The position numbers and the translations under genes are program-made. DNA of 24,000 nucleotides. Source: Thermoplasmata archaeon. GTDB taxonomy: Archaea; Thermoplasmatota; Thermoplasmata; Lutacidiplasmatales; SKW197. How positions within the stretch are numbered: position 1 is the first letter of the stretch; the number at the start of each line of letters is the position of its first letter. The notes under the pieces are model-generated. The model searched no databases. It worked only from the letters and a program-made list of their open reading frames with translations, and was not told where the DNA came from. Shown here in pieces: positions 1 through 9,289 of this stretch. The stretch covers positions 16,536 to 40,535 of the forward strand of contig JAOAJK010000013.1 in assembly GCA_026414225.1 (NCBI GenBank), in the 5' to 3' direction.

Positions 1-703
1 CGGTGCTCATATACATGTTTGAGTTCCATATCTGGGGAAGGCTTATGTCAAGGTTGTGGAGGACATCCAGAATGAAGGGGAGATTCGGTGTAGGGTCCCC
101 GCCTACCCAGTTCACATTGAGCGAGACCGTGTGTCTTGCCCTCACAATTGCCGCCATTTTTTCCGGTGAGAGATAAACTCCGTTTTCTGGATACTGACTT
201 ATGTCCCAGTTCTGGCAAAAAACGCATTTGAAGGTGCAGCCAGCAAAGAAAACTGTGTGGGAGGGCACAAGCATGGGTTCCTCGCCAAAGTGGAGAAATT
301 CGGAGGCAATTCTTGTGCCAAGGACTCCGCAGACACCGCGCTTTCCAGCTTTTCTGTCCGCCCTGCACCGCCGCTCGCAAAATTCGCAGGATGCAAGCAT
401 CTTCCACGCAATCTCTCTCTTCAAATCCAGAAGGCAGGATTTCCCCTTTTCCTGAAATTTTCCGCATTTCAAATTCTCGACTGCCTCACCGTGAATTTGC
501 CAGAGTTCTTCAAGAGTAAAATCTTCTTCGAAATCCAGGCGGTAATTTTTTGCTTCTAGAAATTTTGCCTTCTTTTCTCCTGAAAGAATACCCTCGTAGT
601 TCTCCAGCTGCATTTCAGCGCCAGCCCTAAATACATGGATATTTGGTTGGGTGGGATGCAATGCGCATCTAACCAAATAAACCTGCACGCTGGACGCATG
701 CAT
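1..703 (-). CDS. Radical SAM protein, PflX/COG1313-like (activating-enzyme family); 3' end lies beyond the left window edge
   Basis: Not in the supplied ORF track because there is no stop codon inside the window. Manual minus-strand translation is open from a TAG near 737 to base 2: ...MQLENYEGILSGEKKAKFLEAKNYRLDFEEDFTLEELWQIHGEAVENLKCGKFQEKGKSCLLDLKREIAWKMLASCEFCERRCRADRKAGKRGVCGVLGTRIASEFLHFGEEPMLVPSHTVFFAGCTFKCVFCQNWDISQYPENGVYLSPEKMAAIVRARHTVSLNVNWVGGDPTPNLPFILDVLHNLDISLPQIWNSNMYMST. It has the radical-SAM CxxxCxxC cluster (CTFKCVFCQNW, about 205-240 on +) plus an upstream CEFCERRC cluster and the VGGDPTPNL and WNSNMYMS blocks I associate with the PflX family. The start is ambiguous (ATG at 703 or 613). 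Confidence 0.8.
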   Translation of the reverse strand, partial: MHASSVQVYLVRCALHPTQPNIHVFRAGAEMQLENYEGILSGEKKAKFLEAKNYRLDFEEDFTLEELWQIHGEAVENLKCGKFQEKGKSCLLDLKREIAWKMLASCEFCERRCRADRKAGKRGVCGVLGTRIASEFLHFGEEPMLVPSHTVFFAGCTFKCVFCQNWDISQYPENGVYLSPEKMAAIVRARHTVSLNVNWVGGDPTPNLPFILDVLHNLDISLPQIWNSNMYMST

Positions 704-753
704 TCCATGAGGCTGGTTTCGCCATACAGCCCTTGAAATCTATAACTCAATAA

Positions 754-803
754 GGATATAAAAAGGTTACTGAGGACTTTTGAAATAACTGATAAATAAC
801 TGA
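754..803. promoter_or_regulatory. Divergent promoter region between the radical-SAM gene and thrC: TATA-like box plus a tandem 10-nt repeat
   Basis: ggatataaaaagg at 754-766 is TATA-like on both strands. aaataactga occurs twice in tandem (783-792 and 794-803), ending about 17 nt before the thrC ATG (820). The second copy is AT-rich and sits where a TATA box for a leaderless or short-leader thrC transcript would be. Confidence 0.35.
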
Positions 804-819
804 ATGCTTTTCAAGAACC

Positions 820-2019
820 ATGCAGAAGTATAAACTCGTATGTGAGAAGTGCGGCAAGGAGTATGGGGCTGAAAAAATCTACACCTGCTCCTGCTCTGGA
901 CGCCTTGAGGTGAGCATTAATATTGATGCCATTGAGGTTTCAAAGGAGGAGATAATGGGAAGACGCGGAAATGTGCTTGCAAAATACTTTGAGTTTTTGC
1001 CATTGCTGGCTACCAGTCCCAAAACGCTGGGTGAAGGATACACTCCGCTGATGAAATCCGAGCGATTGTGTGAGAAACTCGGGCTGAAAAACCTCTACCT
1101 GAAGAATGAGACGGTGAATCCGACTGGGAGTTTCAAGGACAGGCCAATTGTAGTGGGTGCAAACAAAGCTGTGGAGTTCGGTGCTGAAGTGTTGGTAAGC
1201 GCGTCCTCTGGTAATGCTGCAACCTCTCTTGCGGCATGGTGTGCCAGATTCGGGTTGAAATGCGTTACATTTGTGCCAGTTGACGCTCCGAAGTCAAAGT
1301 TGGCCCAACTCCAGATGCTCGGTGCGTTGGTTTACCGTGTCGTGCTGCACGAGAAGGGGAAGGACCCGACCGCCGAGATGCTCGCGTTCTGTGTGAGAAA
1401 GTTTGGCTGGCATCCAGTGCCGAGTTTCGGGAGTTTCAACCCTTACCAGATAGAGGGTGCGAAGACCGTAGCCTATGAAATCGCCGAGGAAATTGATGCG
1501 GATGCGGTCGTCGTGCCCGTTGGTGGTGCAGGGCTTCTGCTCGGGACACTGAAGGGTTTTAAGGAATACAGGGAATTGGGCTGGATAGAAAAGGAGCCGA
1601 TAGTTCATGCTGTGCAGTCCGAGGGCTGTGCACCCCTTGTGAGGGCGTGGAAGGAGAGAAGCGAAATCCGTGCATGGGCGAATCCGCGGACTGTGGCAGG
1701 AGGAATTGCAGACCCCTACACCTGGGATGGAAATGCGGCGTTGAAGCTGATGTACAGAAACGGGGGCACAGCGGTGGCAGTTCCTGATTCCCTCATTTTG
1801 GAGGCCCAAGAGTCACTTGCGAAGTATGCTGGCATTTTTGCGGAACCGACCGGGAGCGCATCGCTGGCGGGTATTATCGCATTGAGGGATGCTGGAGTAA
1901 TCCAATCTTCGGATAAGGTTGTTTGTCTGGTTACGGGGACAGGATTCAAGGACCTGGATATCGTTGTGACCAGAATGCCAGAGGTGCCCGTGATTGAGGT
2001 GGGGAGGGGGTGGATATAG
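820..2019 (+). CDS. thrC: Threonine synthase (PLP-dependent, archaeal type with N-terminal zinc ribbon)
   Basis: 399-aa ORF. The N-terminus CEKCGKEYGAEKIYTCSCSG is a zinc ribbon. The PLP-lysine motif NPTGSFKDRP, the SSGNAA block and the glycine loop VPVGGAGLL are typical of the Trp-synthase beta-like fold and threonine synthase. Confidence 0.9.
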   Translation: MQKYKLVCEKCGKEYGAEKIYTCSCSGRLEVSINIDAIEVSKEEIMGRRGNVLAKYFEFLPLLATSPKTLGEGYTPLMKSERLCEKLGLKNLYLKNETVNPTGSFKDRPIVVGANKAVEFGAEVLVSASSGNAATSLAAWCARFGLKCVTFVPVDAPKSKLAQLQMLGALVYRVVLHEKGKDPTAEMLAFCVRKFGWHPVPSFGSFNPYQIEGAKTVAYEIAEEIDADAVVVPVGGAGLLLGTLKGFKEYRELGWIEKEPIVHAVQSEGCAPLVRAWKERSEIRAWANPRTVAGGIADPYTWDGNAALKLMYRNGGTAVAVPDSLILEAQESLAKYAGIFAEPTGSASLAGIIALRDAGVIQSSDKVVCLVTGTGFKDLDIVVTRMPEVPVIEVGRGWI

Positions 2020-2030
2020 GGGAATAAAAC

Positions 2031-3023
2031 TCACAGCACCCCAAGTTCCTCAGCCCTGGTGTTTCCCCGCTCCATCTCCTCCTCCCGCGCCTTCATCGCC
2101 CGTTCCACGATGCTGTTAGTACCCCTGTTCCTCTTTCCCCTGACTGGTCTCCTGTCCTCCTCTCCACCCCTTTCAACCTCTTCGACTGGCTTCGCCTTCC
2201 CGAGGATGTAGTATTCATCGTCCGAAAAGGTCCCGGGTTCCTCCTGCCTCTGGAGCTCAACATCCTTTTTCTGGATTCTCTTCTCCTTTTTTTCTGGACT
2301 TTTCCTCACGACCACTGGCTCATCCTCGATCTCCAGGGTTTTAACTGGCCTGCTCACATAGTAGGTTTCCCTCTCTGGCTTTTTCGCTTTCACATAGTAG
2401 TATTTCTCTGGCTCATACCTTGCCCTGGAGTTGAAAAACCTCCATGCATGCCCTGGCTTAGATTCGTGGCTGTGAAAATGCTGCTCCCTGGCACCTGCCT
2501 CCCTGTACCTCTGGGCTGCAATCGCCCCGCCAACATAGCCGAAAACCACGAGAATCACGAGATTTCCCGGCTCTGTTATCAGGAAGCTTCTGAAGATTGC
2601 AGAAATTATCTCAGCCCACTGGCTCACGAGGACACAGTAACTTGCAAACACGGGGTTTGCTCCCTGAATCCAGCTCCACACAGCGTTCTGGCAGGTGTGC
2701 AGCACTGTGCCCGCACCAAAAATATCCAGCACAAGAATGTAACCAACGATAAACAGGACGAGCCCGGCAATCAATCCGCAGGCCGCACCCTTCAGGGCGG
2801 TACCCGCCCGCCTTCCGCACACATAACCGGCAATCATTGTGCCAAAAATCGGGAGCCAGTAAAGCAGGATTGAGAGCACGAACGCAAGCCCGATGGCCTG
2901 GGGAACGCTGAACGGTGCATGGTCCTTGAAGGTTTTTGCTTCTCTATCATGGTGCCTTCTGGATACCGAGAATACACCTCTTCGCATCAGCTTCTTTGTG
3001 GTTTTATCTTCATAAACATGCAT
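2031..3023 (-). CDS. Hypothetical integral membrane protein (about 4 TM helices) with a long charged C-terminal tail
   Basis: The ORF track gives 2031..3077. I prefer the internal ATG at 3023 (MHVYEDKTTKK...) because it is preceded by GGGGTGGG (minus strand, + coordinates 3027-3034) and a TATA-like box at 3054-3068. Hydrophobic segments include AIGLAFVLSILLYWLPIFGTMIAGYV, LIAGLVLFIVGYILVLDIF and LVILVVFGYVGGAIAA. The C-terminal ~140 aa are K/E/R-rich with YY repeats. I recognise no family. Confidence 0.6.
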   Translation of the reverse strand: MHVYEDKTTKKLMRRGVFSVSRRHHDREAKTFKDHAPFSVPQAIGLAFVLSILLYWLPIFGTMIAGYVCGRRAGTALKGAACGLIAGLVLFIVGYILVLDIFGAGTVLHTCQNAVWSWIQGANPVFASYCVLVSQWAEIISAIFRSFLITEPGNLVILVVFGYVGGAIAAQRYREAGAREQHFHSHESKPGHAWRFFNSRARYEPEKYYYVKAKKPERETYYVSRPVKTLEIEDEPVVVRKSPEKKEKRIQKKDVELQRQEEPGTFSDDEYYILGKAKPVEEVERGGEEDRRPVRGKRNRGTNSIVERAMKAREEEMERGNTRAEELGVL

Positions 3024-3035
3024 TTTCCCACCCCT

Positions 3036-3068
3036 TCTGACATTCGTCAGACAATTATAATATATAGT
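3036..3068 (-). promoter_or_regulatory. TATA-like box plus a perfect 6-bp inverted repeat upstream of the membrane-protein gene
   Basis: The minus strand reads ctatatattataatt (3054-3068), followed by the inverted repeat tctgac-attc-gtcaga (3036-3051), which lies between the TATA box and the Shine-Dalgarno site and ATG (3023). This could be an operator or a 5'-UTR hairpin. Confidence 0.35.
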
Positions 3069-3129
3069 CATACACATATATAAATGTTTCGGCGAAATCT
3101 GGCTAATACTGGCTGAAATTTCTCTAATT

Positions 3130-4497
3130 TCAACCCCTCAAATTCCCCCTCTTCAGCGACGCAAGAATCCCGAAGAAGCAGAGCCCTGCAAAAATAAGCA
3201 GCACCGTCTTCATTGCAATAATCAGGTTCGGAATCCGGGCAGCAGTAATTTCAACCTTTCCGATAAAAATCGCAACGGCCAGCATCGTGATGGCTAAACT
3301 TGACATCTGCCCGATGATCCGCATCGTGGCAATTGTGGCTGATGCCACCCCATACTCCTTTTTCTCCACGGAACTCATTATTGCATTTGCATTCGGGGAG
3401 GAGAAAAGCCCGAGGCCCACACCAAGCATCACAAGTGCTGGCACCACCAACAGGAGTGGCGTGGAAACCTCAACGAGTGAGAGAAGGAGAAGGGCAAGGA
3501 AGGTGAGCCCCATACCGGCGGACGATATCAATCTCGGCTCGACCCTGTCAGAAAGCCGCCCTGCGACAGGGGCAACCGCGGTCATGACAATGGCCTGGGA
3601 AACAATGATGAAACCTGCGCTCTGGGGTGAGAGCCCCTTTCCATACTGCAGATAGAGGCTCATCAGAAAGCCAACGCCGGCAGTGGCTGCATAATTTATC
3701 AGTGTAGCTAAGCTGGAATACATGAACACCGTGTTCCTCCTGAAGAGACGGAGGTTCAGCAGCGGGCTCTGAGTCCTCAGCTCAAAGATTCCGAAACCAA
3801 CGATCCCAGCTATTCCAGCAGTGAGAAAGTAGATGCCATTCCCTTCAGAAAGCTCGGAAAGGCCGACGAGCAAAAAAACGAGTGAGAAACCATATATCAC
3901 AGAGCCAGGCACATCAAATTTTTCCCCTTGGGCCGGTTTTAATTCAAATTTCAGGTAGATGAGGGTGAGCACAGCCACAACAATGCCAAGCACAACATTA
4001 AAGAAAAAAATGCTTCTCCATGTGAAATGCTGGGTGAGCACCCCTCCGAGCACGGGTCCGAGCGATGCACCCAGATAAACCGCACCGGTGTTTATCCCAA
4101 GAACCTTGCCCCTTTCCTCGATGGGGAAAACGGATGAGAGGAGTGCCACACCAGTGCCAAAAACCATCGCACCGCCAAAGCCCTGGAATACCCTGAAGAT
4201 GAGAAGAACTTGTGTTGTGGGGGCAGCGGCACACAGAAAGGAGCCGGTCGTGAATATGATTATCCCCGCAACAAAAAACTTTCTTCTCCCGTAGATGTCC
4301 GCAAGTTTTCCGAGCGGCAGGAGGAATACCGCGGCTGCAAGCAGATAGATAGTGGGAATCCAGGTTAAGGTAATCGCATCCGCAGCAAAATCTTTTCCGA
4401 TTGACGGGAGTGCCAGATTTATCGAACTTGCCATGAAGGGTGTGAGGAAAGATGAAAGGGTGGTCGTGAGAAGCAGGACTTTTTTGTTTGGCTGCAT
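3130..4497 (-). CDS. MFS transporter, 14-TM drug:H+ antiporter (DHA2/EmrB-QacA-like)
   Basis: The ORF is 3130..4509 with a TTG at 4509; the first ATG is at 4497 (MQPNKKVLLL...). It has many TM helices. MFS signatures include LGKLADIYGRRKFF (motif A-like G-x-L-a-D-x-x-G-R-R) and GPVLGGVL. The length fits a 14-TM DHA2 family member. Confidence 0.85.
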   Translation of the reverse strand: MQPNKKVLLLTTTLSSFLTPFMASSINLALPSIGKDFAADAITLTWIPTIYLLAAAVFLLPLGKLADIYGRRKFFVAGIIIFTTGSFLCAAAPTTQVLLIFRVFQGFGGAMVFGTGVALLSSVFPIEERGKVLGINTGAVYLGASLGPVLGGVLTQHFTWRSIFFFNVVLGIVVAVLTLIYLKFELKPAQGEKFDVPGSVIYGFSLVFLLVGLSELSEGNGIYFLTAGIAGIVGFGIFELRTQSPLLNLRLFRRNTVFMYSSLATLINYAATAGVGFLMSLYLQYGKGLSPQSAGFIIVSQAIVMTAVAPVAGRLSDRVEPRLISSAGMGLTFLALLLLSLVEVSTPLLLVVPALVMLGVGLGLFSSPNANAIMSSVEKKEYGVASATIATMRIIGQMSSLAITMLAVAIFIGKVEITAARIPNLIIAMKTVLLIFAGLCFFGILASLKRGNLRG

Positions 4498-4537
4498 CAC
4501 AGCATCCAAAACCGATGGTAGATTAAAGAATTTCTAA

Positions 4538-5695
4538 TCATTTCAACCGCACACCATCCTTCTTTATCTCTTCCACCTGCCAGTCCTCAAGAATGGAGGG
4601 GTTGAAAGAGCAGATTATCCTCGCATTGTACCTCTCTGCGCATCTCCGGAGTTCTCCAAACATCTCAGGAACCGATATTGTGGAATAGAAATAGTGTGCC
4701 AGCAACTCATCAAACCCCTCAATAAGCACCACCGACCTTTCCTCCTGGGAAACAAATTTTTCAATCAGGAATGTGAACATCCGCATTTTATCCTCGTCCA
4801 TGGGATTGATGTCACCGTTCTTTCCGAGAACAATCACCTTTGCCACCTTGTGGATTTCATCGGGAATTTGCGGGTCTGTAGTAACAAAGAGTCCACTTCC
4901 TACCTGCTGGACCATCTCAAGGAAATGTTTTCTTCCGTAATTTATATCGCTGCACCAGTAGTACCCCTTCTCAATTTTTTTACCATCCAGTAGTTTTACA
5001 GGAATCCAAGTAACCTGGTGATACTTGAGGAAGGCGTGGAGCATGAGCAGGCCAGTAATTGCAAAAGGGATCGTAGTCAGCGGGTAAATGTCTTCAACCC
5101 CAAGGAGCGGGGGCACATACCCGGTAATGGCAGCAAAGCATAGTGAAATTGCGAGGGCAATTCCTACAATTCTCGCCTGGCTCCTTCCAGCACTTGACTG
5201 CAGTTCAAACGAACTCTTTTCCAGTATCGCTATGGAAGCTATTGTACCTGCAATCATGTAGGTTCCCCAGACAAGCATTCCTGCCCCGAAGTCAGCTCCC
5301 CATCCCGGTTCATAAACTATCAACCCTTCAACCAGAAAGTCTGTACCTGCGGAGACAAATGCTATGACCCCGCTCACCCCGTAAAGAATCCCGAACACGA
5401 TATCTGGGACCTTCCTCTGAGTTACAGGGAATTTGCAGGCAAAATGCACGAAAGTAGCCGGTAAAAATGCACCAGCGATCGCAATAATCTTCAGTCCGAG
5501 AACGGCAATTTCCCTATCTGCGGGCGGTGGCCCAGCGATCCTCTCTATAAATTCGCCTAAACTCCAGAGAAAGAACAGAAAGGCATAAAGGAATGCTGAA
5601 TAGTGGATACTTTTCCGTAATCTGGCAAAGCATACAAGGAGGATGGCAAATATAAATACCGCTACCACTGGCGGCACTGAATACCATGTCAGCAT
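4538..5695 (-). CDS. 7-TM (HisKA_7TM-like) membrane protein with a C-terminal DUF835 domain
   Basis: The ORF is 4538..5707 (GTG start). The ATG at 5695 (MLTWYS...) is preceded by GGGTGTGG. I count seven hydrophobic helices in the first ~230 aa. The C-terminal ~150 aa (GYYWCSD...GLFVTTDPQIPDEI...INPMDEDKMRMFTFLIEKFVSQEERSVVLIEGFDELLAHYF...RIICSFNPSILEDWQVEEI) follow the DUF835 pattern. A paralogous domain occurs in the 14275..15345 protein. Confidence 0.7.
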   Translation of the reverse strand: MLTWYSVPPVVAVFIFAILLVCFARLRKSIHYSAFLYAFLFFLWSLGEFIERIAGPPPADREIAVLGLKIIAIAGAFLPATFVHFACKFPVTQRKVPDIVFGILYGVSGVIAFVSAGTDFLVEGLIVYEPGWGADFGAGMLVWGTYMIAGTIASIAILEKSSFELQSSAGRSQARIVGIALAISLCFAAITGYVPPLLGVEDIYPLTTIPFAITGLLMLHAFLKYHQVTWIPVKLLDGKKIEKGYYWCSDINYGRKHFLEMVQQVGSGLFVTTDPQIPDEIHKVAKVIVLGKNGDINPMDEDKMRMFTFLIEKFVSQEERSVVLIEGFDELLAHYFYSTISVPEMFGELRRCAERYNARIICSFNPSILEDWQVEEIKKDGVRLK

Positions 5696-5784
5696 CAATT
5701 TATCCACACCCTTTTAGACCTGCCTCTACTCTGCAGCACTTCCTATATTGCATCCGGATATTTGTTAGTTTCCTTTCTCCACCA

Positions 5785-7470
5785 TTACAGCACCAGCGGG
5801 AGCAACAGGAATGAGAATAGCAGTCCCAGTCCCGTCACGACCGCCGCAAAGGCAATATAGAGATAGGAGGTATAAATCTTTCTGCTTTCTCCACCATCCA
5901 AAGGATACATTCTGTAGAGCTCGAGATAGGGGATTATTCTCCGGCGATACCATCCCTCGACAACAACTGTTTTACCAACATGTTTCTCAGTGCCGAAGAT
6001 TCCCACGAAGAAGTCAATCAACTTTGAAATCTGGTGATAGTCAATCAGCAAGAGACCGGTTCCATCGTCAATCTTCAGATCTTCGGAATAGAACAAGCCC
6101 GGGATTCCACGCCCTATGATTCTCCCCTGCAGCCGGACCGGGATACCCTTTATCGGCGACGCCTTCGGATTTTCCAGCAGAGTCACCACTTCACTGTCCT
6201 TAAATCTAAACGGATACGCATAGCCGAGAAGGTAAACGAGACCCCAGGCACCTGTGACCACCATGAAAAATGCACAGCTGAACAGGAATGTCCAGGCAAA
6301 TTTCTGCTCCGTAAAACCATGGGTCCAGCCATACCACATCAGCAGAATCCCGGTTACGAATCCGAGGATTAAACCTCCGTATTTCGCAAATATGTCCTTC
6401 AGAAAGTCGTCCCAGTAGCACTCTGGCTTTTTCAGTTTAAACTGCACAAGGGGTTTCTGCCCCATTTTTTCCGCGATTTCTCCGAGTTTTTTAAGCCGTT
6501 TTGCAGGCAGTGGATGGGTTGACTGAATCTCCAGCCACCATGCCCACGGATTCCAGAGGTCCCATGCCATTGCCTTCTGTATCGTTTCAACCGAGTAATT
6601 TCCATACGCATCTGCACTCATTGCTGCAAGGGCTCGTGCACTATCTGCATTGAAAATTCCCAGGGAAGAAACATGTTTCAGGTGTCCTTTCTCAGAAGCC
6701 TCTCCGAGCCCCTGGGTTGCCATGCCATACGCAATTTTTAGAAGGGCTGAGGCGAGGGCGTTGGGTTTTCTGGTGCTTTCCGCAGCATACTCATCCGCAT
6801 AGTACTCCCTGTACCTGCTTATAAGGAGCGCAACAAACTGGGAGAGAATGTAAATCAGGTAAGAAAAGGCTGCGGTGATGAGAAAAACAAGCGCGGCCTG
6901 TCCCCCGCTCTTTTTCCCCTTTGGCATATACCTCAATACCTGGATGGACACCCTCGCGATTATGTAGAAAATCAGGGGAATTGCAGAGACAATTGTCATC
7001 AAAACAAAATCATCATGGACTATGTGCCCCATTTCATGGGCAATAACCGCCTTGGCTTCATCCGTGTCACAGTATTCCAGAACCCCTCTCGTAATGGCAA
7101 CCCTGGCATGGTTCTTTGTCCAGCCAAATGTAAACGCATTCGGGTTCAGGTCATCGATGATTCCCACTCTCGGAAGGTTTATTCTCTCCTTCGCACACAC
7201 ATCTGTGATGTAGGTGGCAATCGCGGGTGGAAGTGCCTCAAGTGAGACCCACTCAATCTTGTAAATCCAGGAGAGGATGAATGGTGAAATTGCCCACTGG
7301 AGAAAGACCACGAAGATTGCAAAGCATAGCGGGATAATCAGCAGCCAGATACCCTGGATAAGCCCAAAGTATTCCAGAACAGCAATGAACCCCATTCCCA
7401 CAGCAAACACGAGCCCGAAGAGGAGGGCAAGTGCTATTGCCATTCTCGTCTTCAGCCCCATCTCCATCAC
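5785..7470 (-). CDS. M48-family (HtpX/Ste24-like) zinc metalloprotease, membrane-bound, with an extended C-terminal region
   Basis: The HExxH motif is HEMGHIVHDD. There are N-terminal TM helices, additional TM helices, and a ~130-aa C-terminal domain after the peptidase core (HPLPAKRLKKL is typical of the M48 C-terminal helix). The start is uncertain within three codons (GTG 7470, ATG 7467, ATG 7461 with an upstream GGTGA). Confidence 0.8.
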   Translation of the reverse strand: MMEMGLKTRMAIALALLFGLVFAVGMGFIAVLEYFGLIQGIWLLIIPLCFAIFVVFLQWAISPFILSWIYKIEWVSLEALPPAIATYITDVCAKERINLPRVGIIDDLNPNAFTFGWTKNHARVAITRGVLEYCDTDEAKAVIAHEMGHIVHDDFVLMTIVSAIPLIFYIIARVSIQVLRYMPKGKKSGGQAALVFLITAAFSYLIYILSQFVALLISRYREYYADEYAAESTRKPNALASALLKIAYGMATQGLGEASEKGHLKHVSSLGIFNADSARALAAMSADAYGNYSVETIQKAMAWDLWNPWAWWLEIQSTHPLPAKRLKKLGEIAEKMGQKPLVQFKLKKPECYWDDFLKDIFAKYGGLILGFVTGILLMWYGWTHGFTEQKFAWTFLFSCAFFMVVTGAWGLVYLLGYAYPFRFKDSEVVTLLENPKASPIKGIPVRLQGRIIGRGIPGLFYSEDLKIDDGTGLLLIDYHQISKLIDFFVGIFGTEKHVGKTVVVEGWYRRRIIPYLELYRMYPLDGGESRKIYTSYLYIAFAAVVTGLGLLFSFLLLPLVL

Positions 7471-7479
7471 CGGATTTTA

Positions 7480-8910
7480 TTAATCGATCGTTTTATTTAA
7501 ACCTTTCCTGATGACTTCTGGCAGCTGGTCAATTATGTCGGTGGGGAGGAGGGAATACCCGTATTTTTCAAAGGCAGCATCCCCGGTTAGCCCTGAAATG
7601 AACGCACCGAGCCGCGCTGCCTGGTAAGGAGTGCAACCTTTCGCAATCAGGGCAGCACAGATTCCTGCCAGCACATCGCCAGTCCCCCCGACGGTCATGC
7701 CAGGGTTTCCAGTTCTGTTTATTTTTGCACGGACTCCATCCGAAATCAGGTCCACCGCTCCCTTGAGAAGAACCGTACAACCGAGATTTTTCGCCGCCTC
7801 CTTCACAATTTCAACCCGCTCCTCCAAATTCTCCGGAACTTTTCTTCCAGTGAGCTCAAAGAATTCTCCAGCATGCGGAGTAACCAAGGCATTAGATTTA
7901 GGTCTCACATCCCTGAGAAGAGATATCGCATCCGCATCCACAACAATCGGCTTTTCAGCAGCCGAGATAAATTCCCTGCATGTCTCCATTATTTTCCCTG
8001 CCTTACCAAGCCCGGGCCCTACAACAACCACATCAAATTTTTTGTGAAGGTTGAGCAAAAACTCTATCCTCCTTTCAGCATCCTCAGGCATCTGGTGCAC
8101 TATGAATAGGGGTGAGTAGTTCCTGAGAATCTCATAAGCTTCTGGCTGTGTAGCCACATGCACAAGGTCAACTCCTGTTCTATATGCTGCCATTGCCACG
8201 AAATACGGTGCGCCTGTATAGGGGCCTCCACCCACAACCAGTACGCGGCCATTATCGCCCTTACGGGAATTATTATCTGGCACCTTGTAAAGCACAAATT
8301 CGCCGAAATTGGTTTCTGTTTCTGCCTCTGGAGGGATTCCGATTGGCATCACAACAACTTCTCCAGAATTCGCCGGGTTCATCCCTTCCTTCATATCATG
8401 GAAGGTTACCGTTAGTGTTGGTTTCACGGCCATCTCGTATGGAAAGCCACTTGGCACATCTACGGACACCACGGGCTTGCCTGCTTCGTTAATCTTCTCA
8501 ATCACCGCTGCATACTTCCCCTCGGGCATCCTGGTCAACCCTGTACCAAAGATCGCATCCACGACAATTTCCGTTCTTTTCAGCATACCATCTATCTTGT
8601 CCCACATCTCCACATTGCAGTTCTTTCTGCAGTTTCTGAACTGCTTTTTTGCAATCTCTGTTTTTATCCTTTCAGGTCTCTCCATGAGACAGACGGTCAC
8701 ATCGTGGGTTTTTCCAAGCAATCCCGCCATTGCAAATCCGTCGCCTCCGTTATTGCCAGTACCGCAAACAACCAGGATTTTTCTTACATCGAACCGCTGC
8801 TGGATAACCTCGGCGACAGCTCTACCTGCATTTACCATCAACCTTTCCCTGCTGACTCCTAGACACTCCGAATTGATATCTAAAACACGGAATTCAATCA
8901 AAGGAAGCAT
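7480..8910 (-). CDS. nnr: Bifunctional NAD(P)H-hydrate repair enzyme Nnr (YjeF_N epimerase + YjeF_C ADP-dependent dehydratase)
   Basis: 476 aa. The N-terminal half has VVCGTGNNGGDGF (YjeF_N). The C-terminal half has VLVVGGGPYTGAPYF, VVGPGLG and GTGDVLAG (ribokinase-like YjeF_C). Confidence 0.9.
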   Translation of the reverse strand: MLPLIEFRVLDINSECLGVSRERLMVNAGRAVAEVIQQRFDVRKILVVCGTGNNGGDGFAMAGLLGKTHDVTVCLMERPERIKTEIAKKQFRNCRKNCNVEMWDKIDGMLKRTEIVVDAIFGTGLTRMPEGKYAAVIEKINEAGKPVVSVDVPSGFPYEMAVKPTLTVTFHDMKEGMNPANSGEVVVMPIGIPPEAETETNFGEFVLYKVPDNNSRKGDNGRVLVVGGGPYTGAPYFVAMAAYRTGVDLVHVATQPEAYEILRNYSPLFIVHQMPEDAERRIEFLLNLHKKFDVVVVGPGLGKAGKIMETCREFISAAEKPIVVDADAISLLRDVRPKSNALVTPHAGEFFELTGRKVPENLEERVEIVKEAAKNLGCTVLLKGAVDLISDGVRAKINRTGNPGMTVGGTGDVLAGICAALIAKGCTPYQAARLGAFISGLTGDAAFEKYGYSLLPTDIIDQLPEVIRKGLNKTID

Positions 8911-8923
8911 GATAGTAAAAGGT

Positions 8924-9283
8924 TTAAGGTGCTTTTACTGCGTCCGCTGCCTTCTGCATTTCCGAAAGCACCATGTTCGTATCCTTCGCACTGTCCACAA
9001 CGCAAATCAATAGCGCCTTCTTCCCGGCACCCAGAATTATGGTCCTGGTGTCGGAACTCTCAATCACTATCCTCTCCGGTGTTGCCCTCTTCAGCTCAGA
9101 TGTAGCAGTTATGCTCGCTCCCAGAATTGTGGCGCACATTATTGCGAAGGTTTCCGTGTATACCCCTGGCGGCATCTCTGCAGCAATAACAAGACCGTCC
9201 CTGCTCACCACCGCCACTGCAATTGCCCCAGTGCTTATTTTCAGATTCTTCACAACTTCATTCATATTCACTGGCATTTTCAT
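8924..9283 (-). CDS. Roadblock/LC7 (MglB-like) domain protein
   Basis: 119 aa. GAIAVAVVSRDGLVIAAEMPPGVYTETFAIMCATILGASITATSELK...IVIESSDTRTIILGAGKKALLICVV matches the Roadblock/LC7 pattern. Confidence 0.75.
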   Translation of the reverse strand: MKMPVNMNEVVKNLKISTGAIAVAVVSRDGLVIAAEMPPGVYTETFAIMCATILGASITATSELKRATPERIVIESSDTRTIILGAGKKALLICVVDSAKDTNMVLSEMQKAADAVKAP

Positions 9284-9289
9284 TCCTCC

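Noticed and set aside
48-750. Six listed ORFs (48..467-, 199..411-, 201..455+, 257..559+, 313..519+, 556..750-)
   Set aside because: They are superseded by the unlisted minus-strand radical-SAM frame, which explains the whole region with a coherent, motif-bearing protein.
8309-9013. 234-aa plus-strand ORF overlapping nnr and the Roadblock gene
   Set aside because: It is antisense to two genes with strong family motifs (GTGNNGGDGF, GTGDVLAG). Its own translation is Ser/Thr/Ile/Pro-rich without recognisable domains, so it is a typical shadow ORF.
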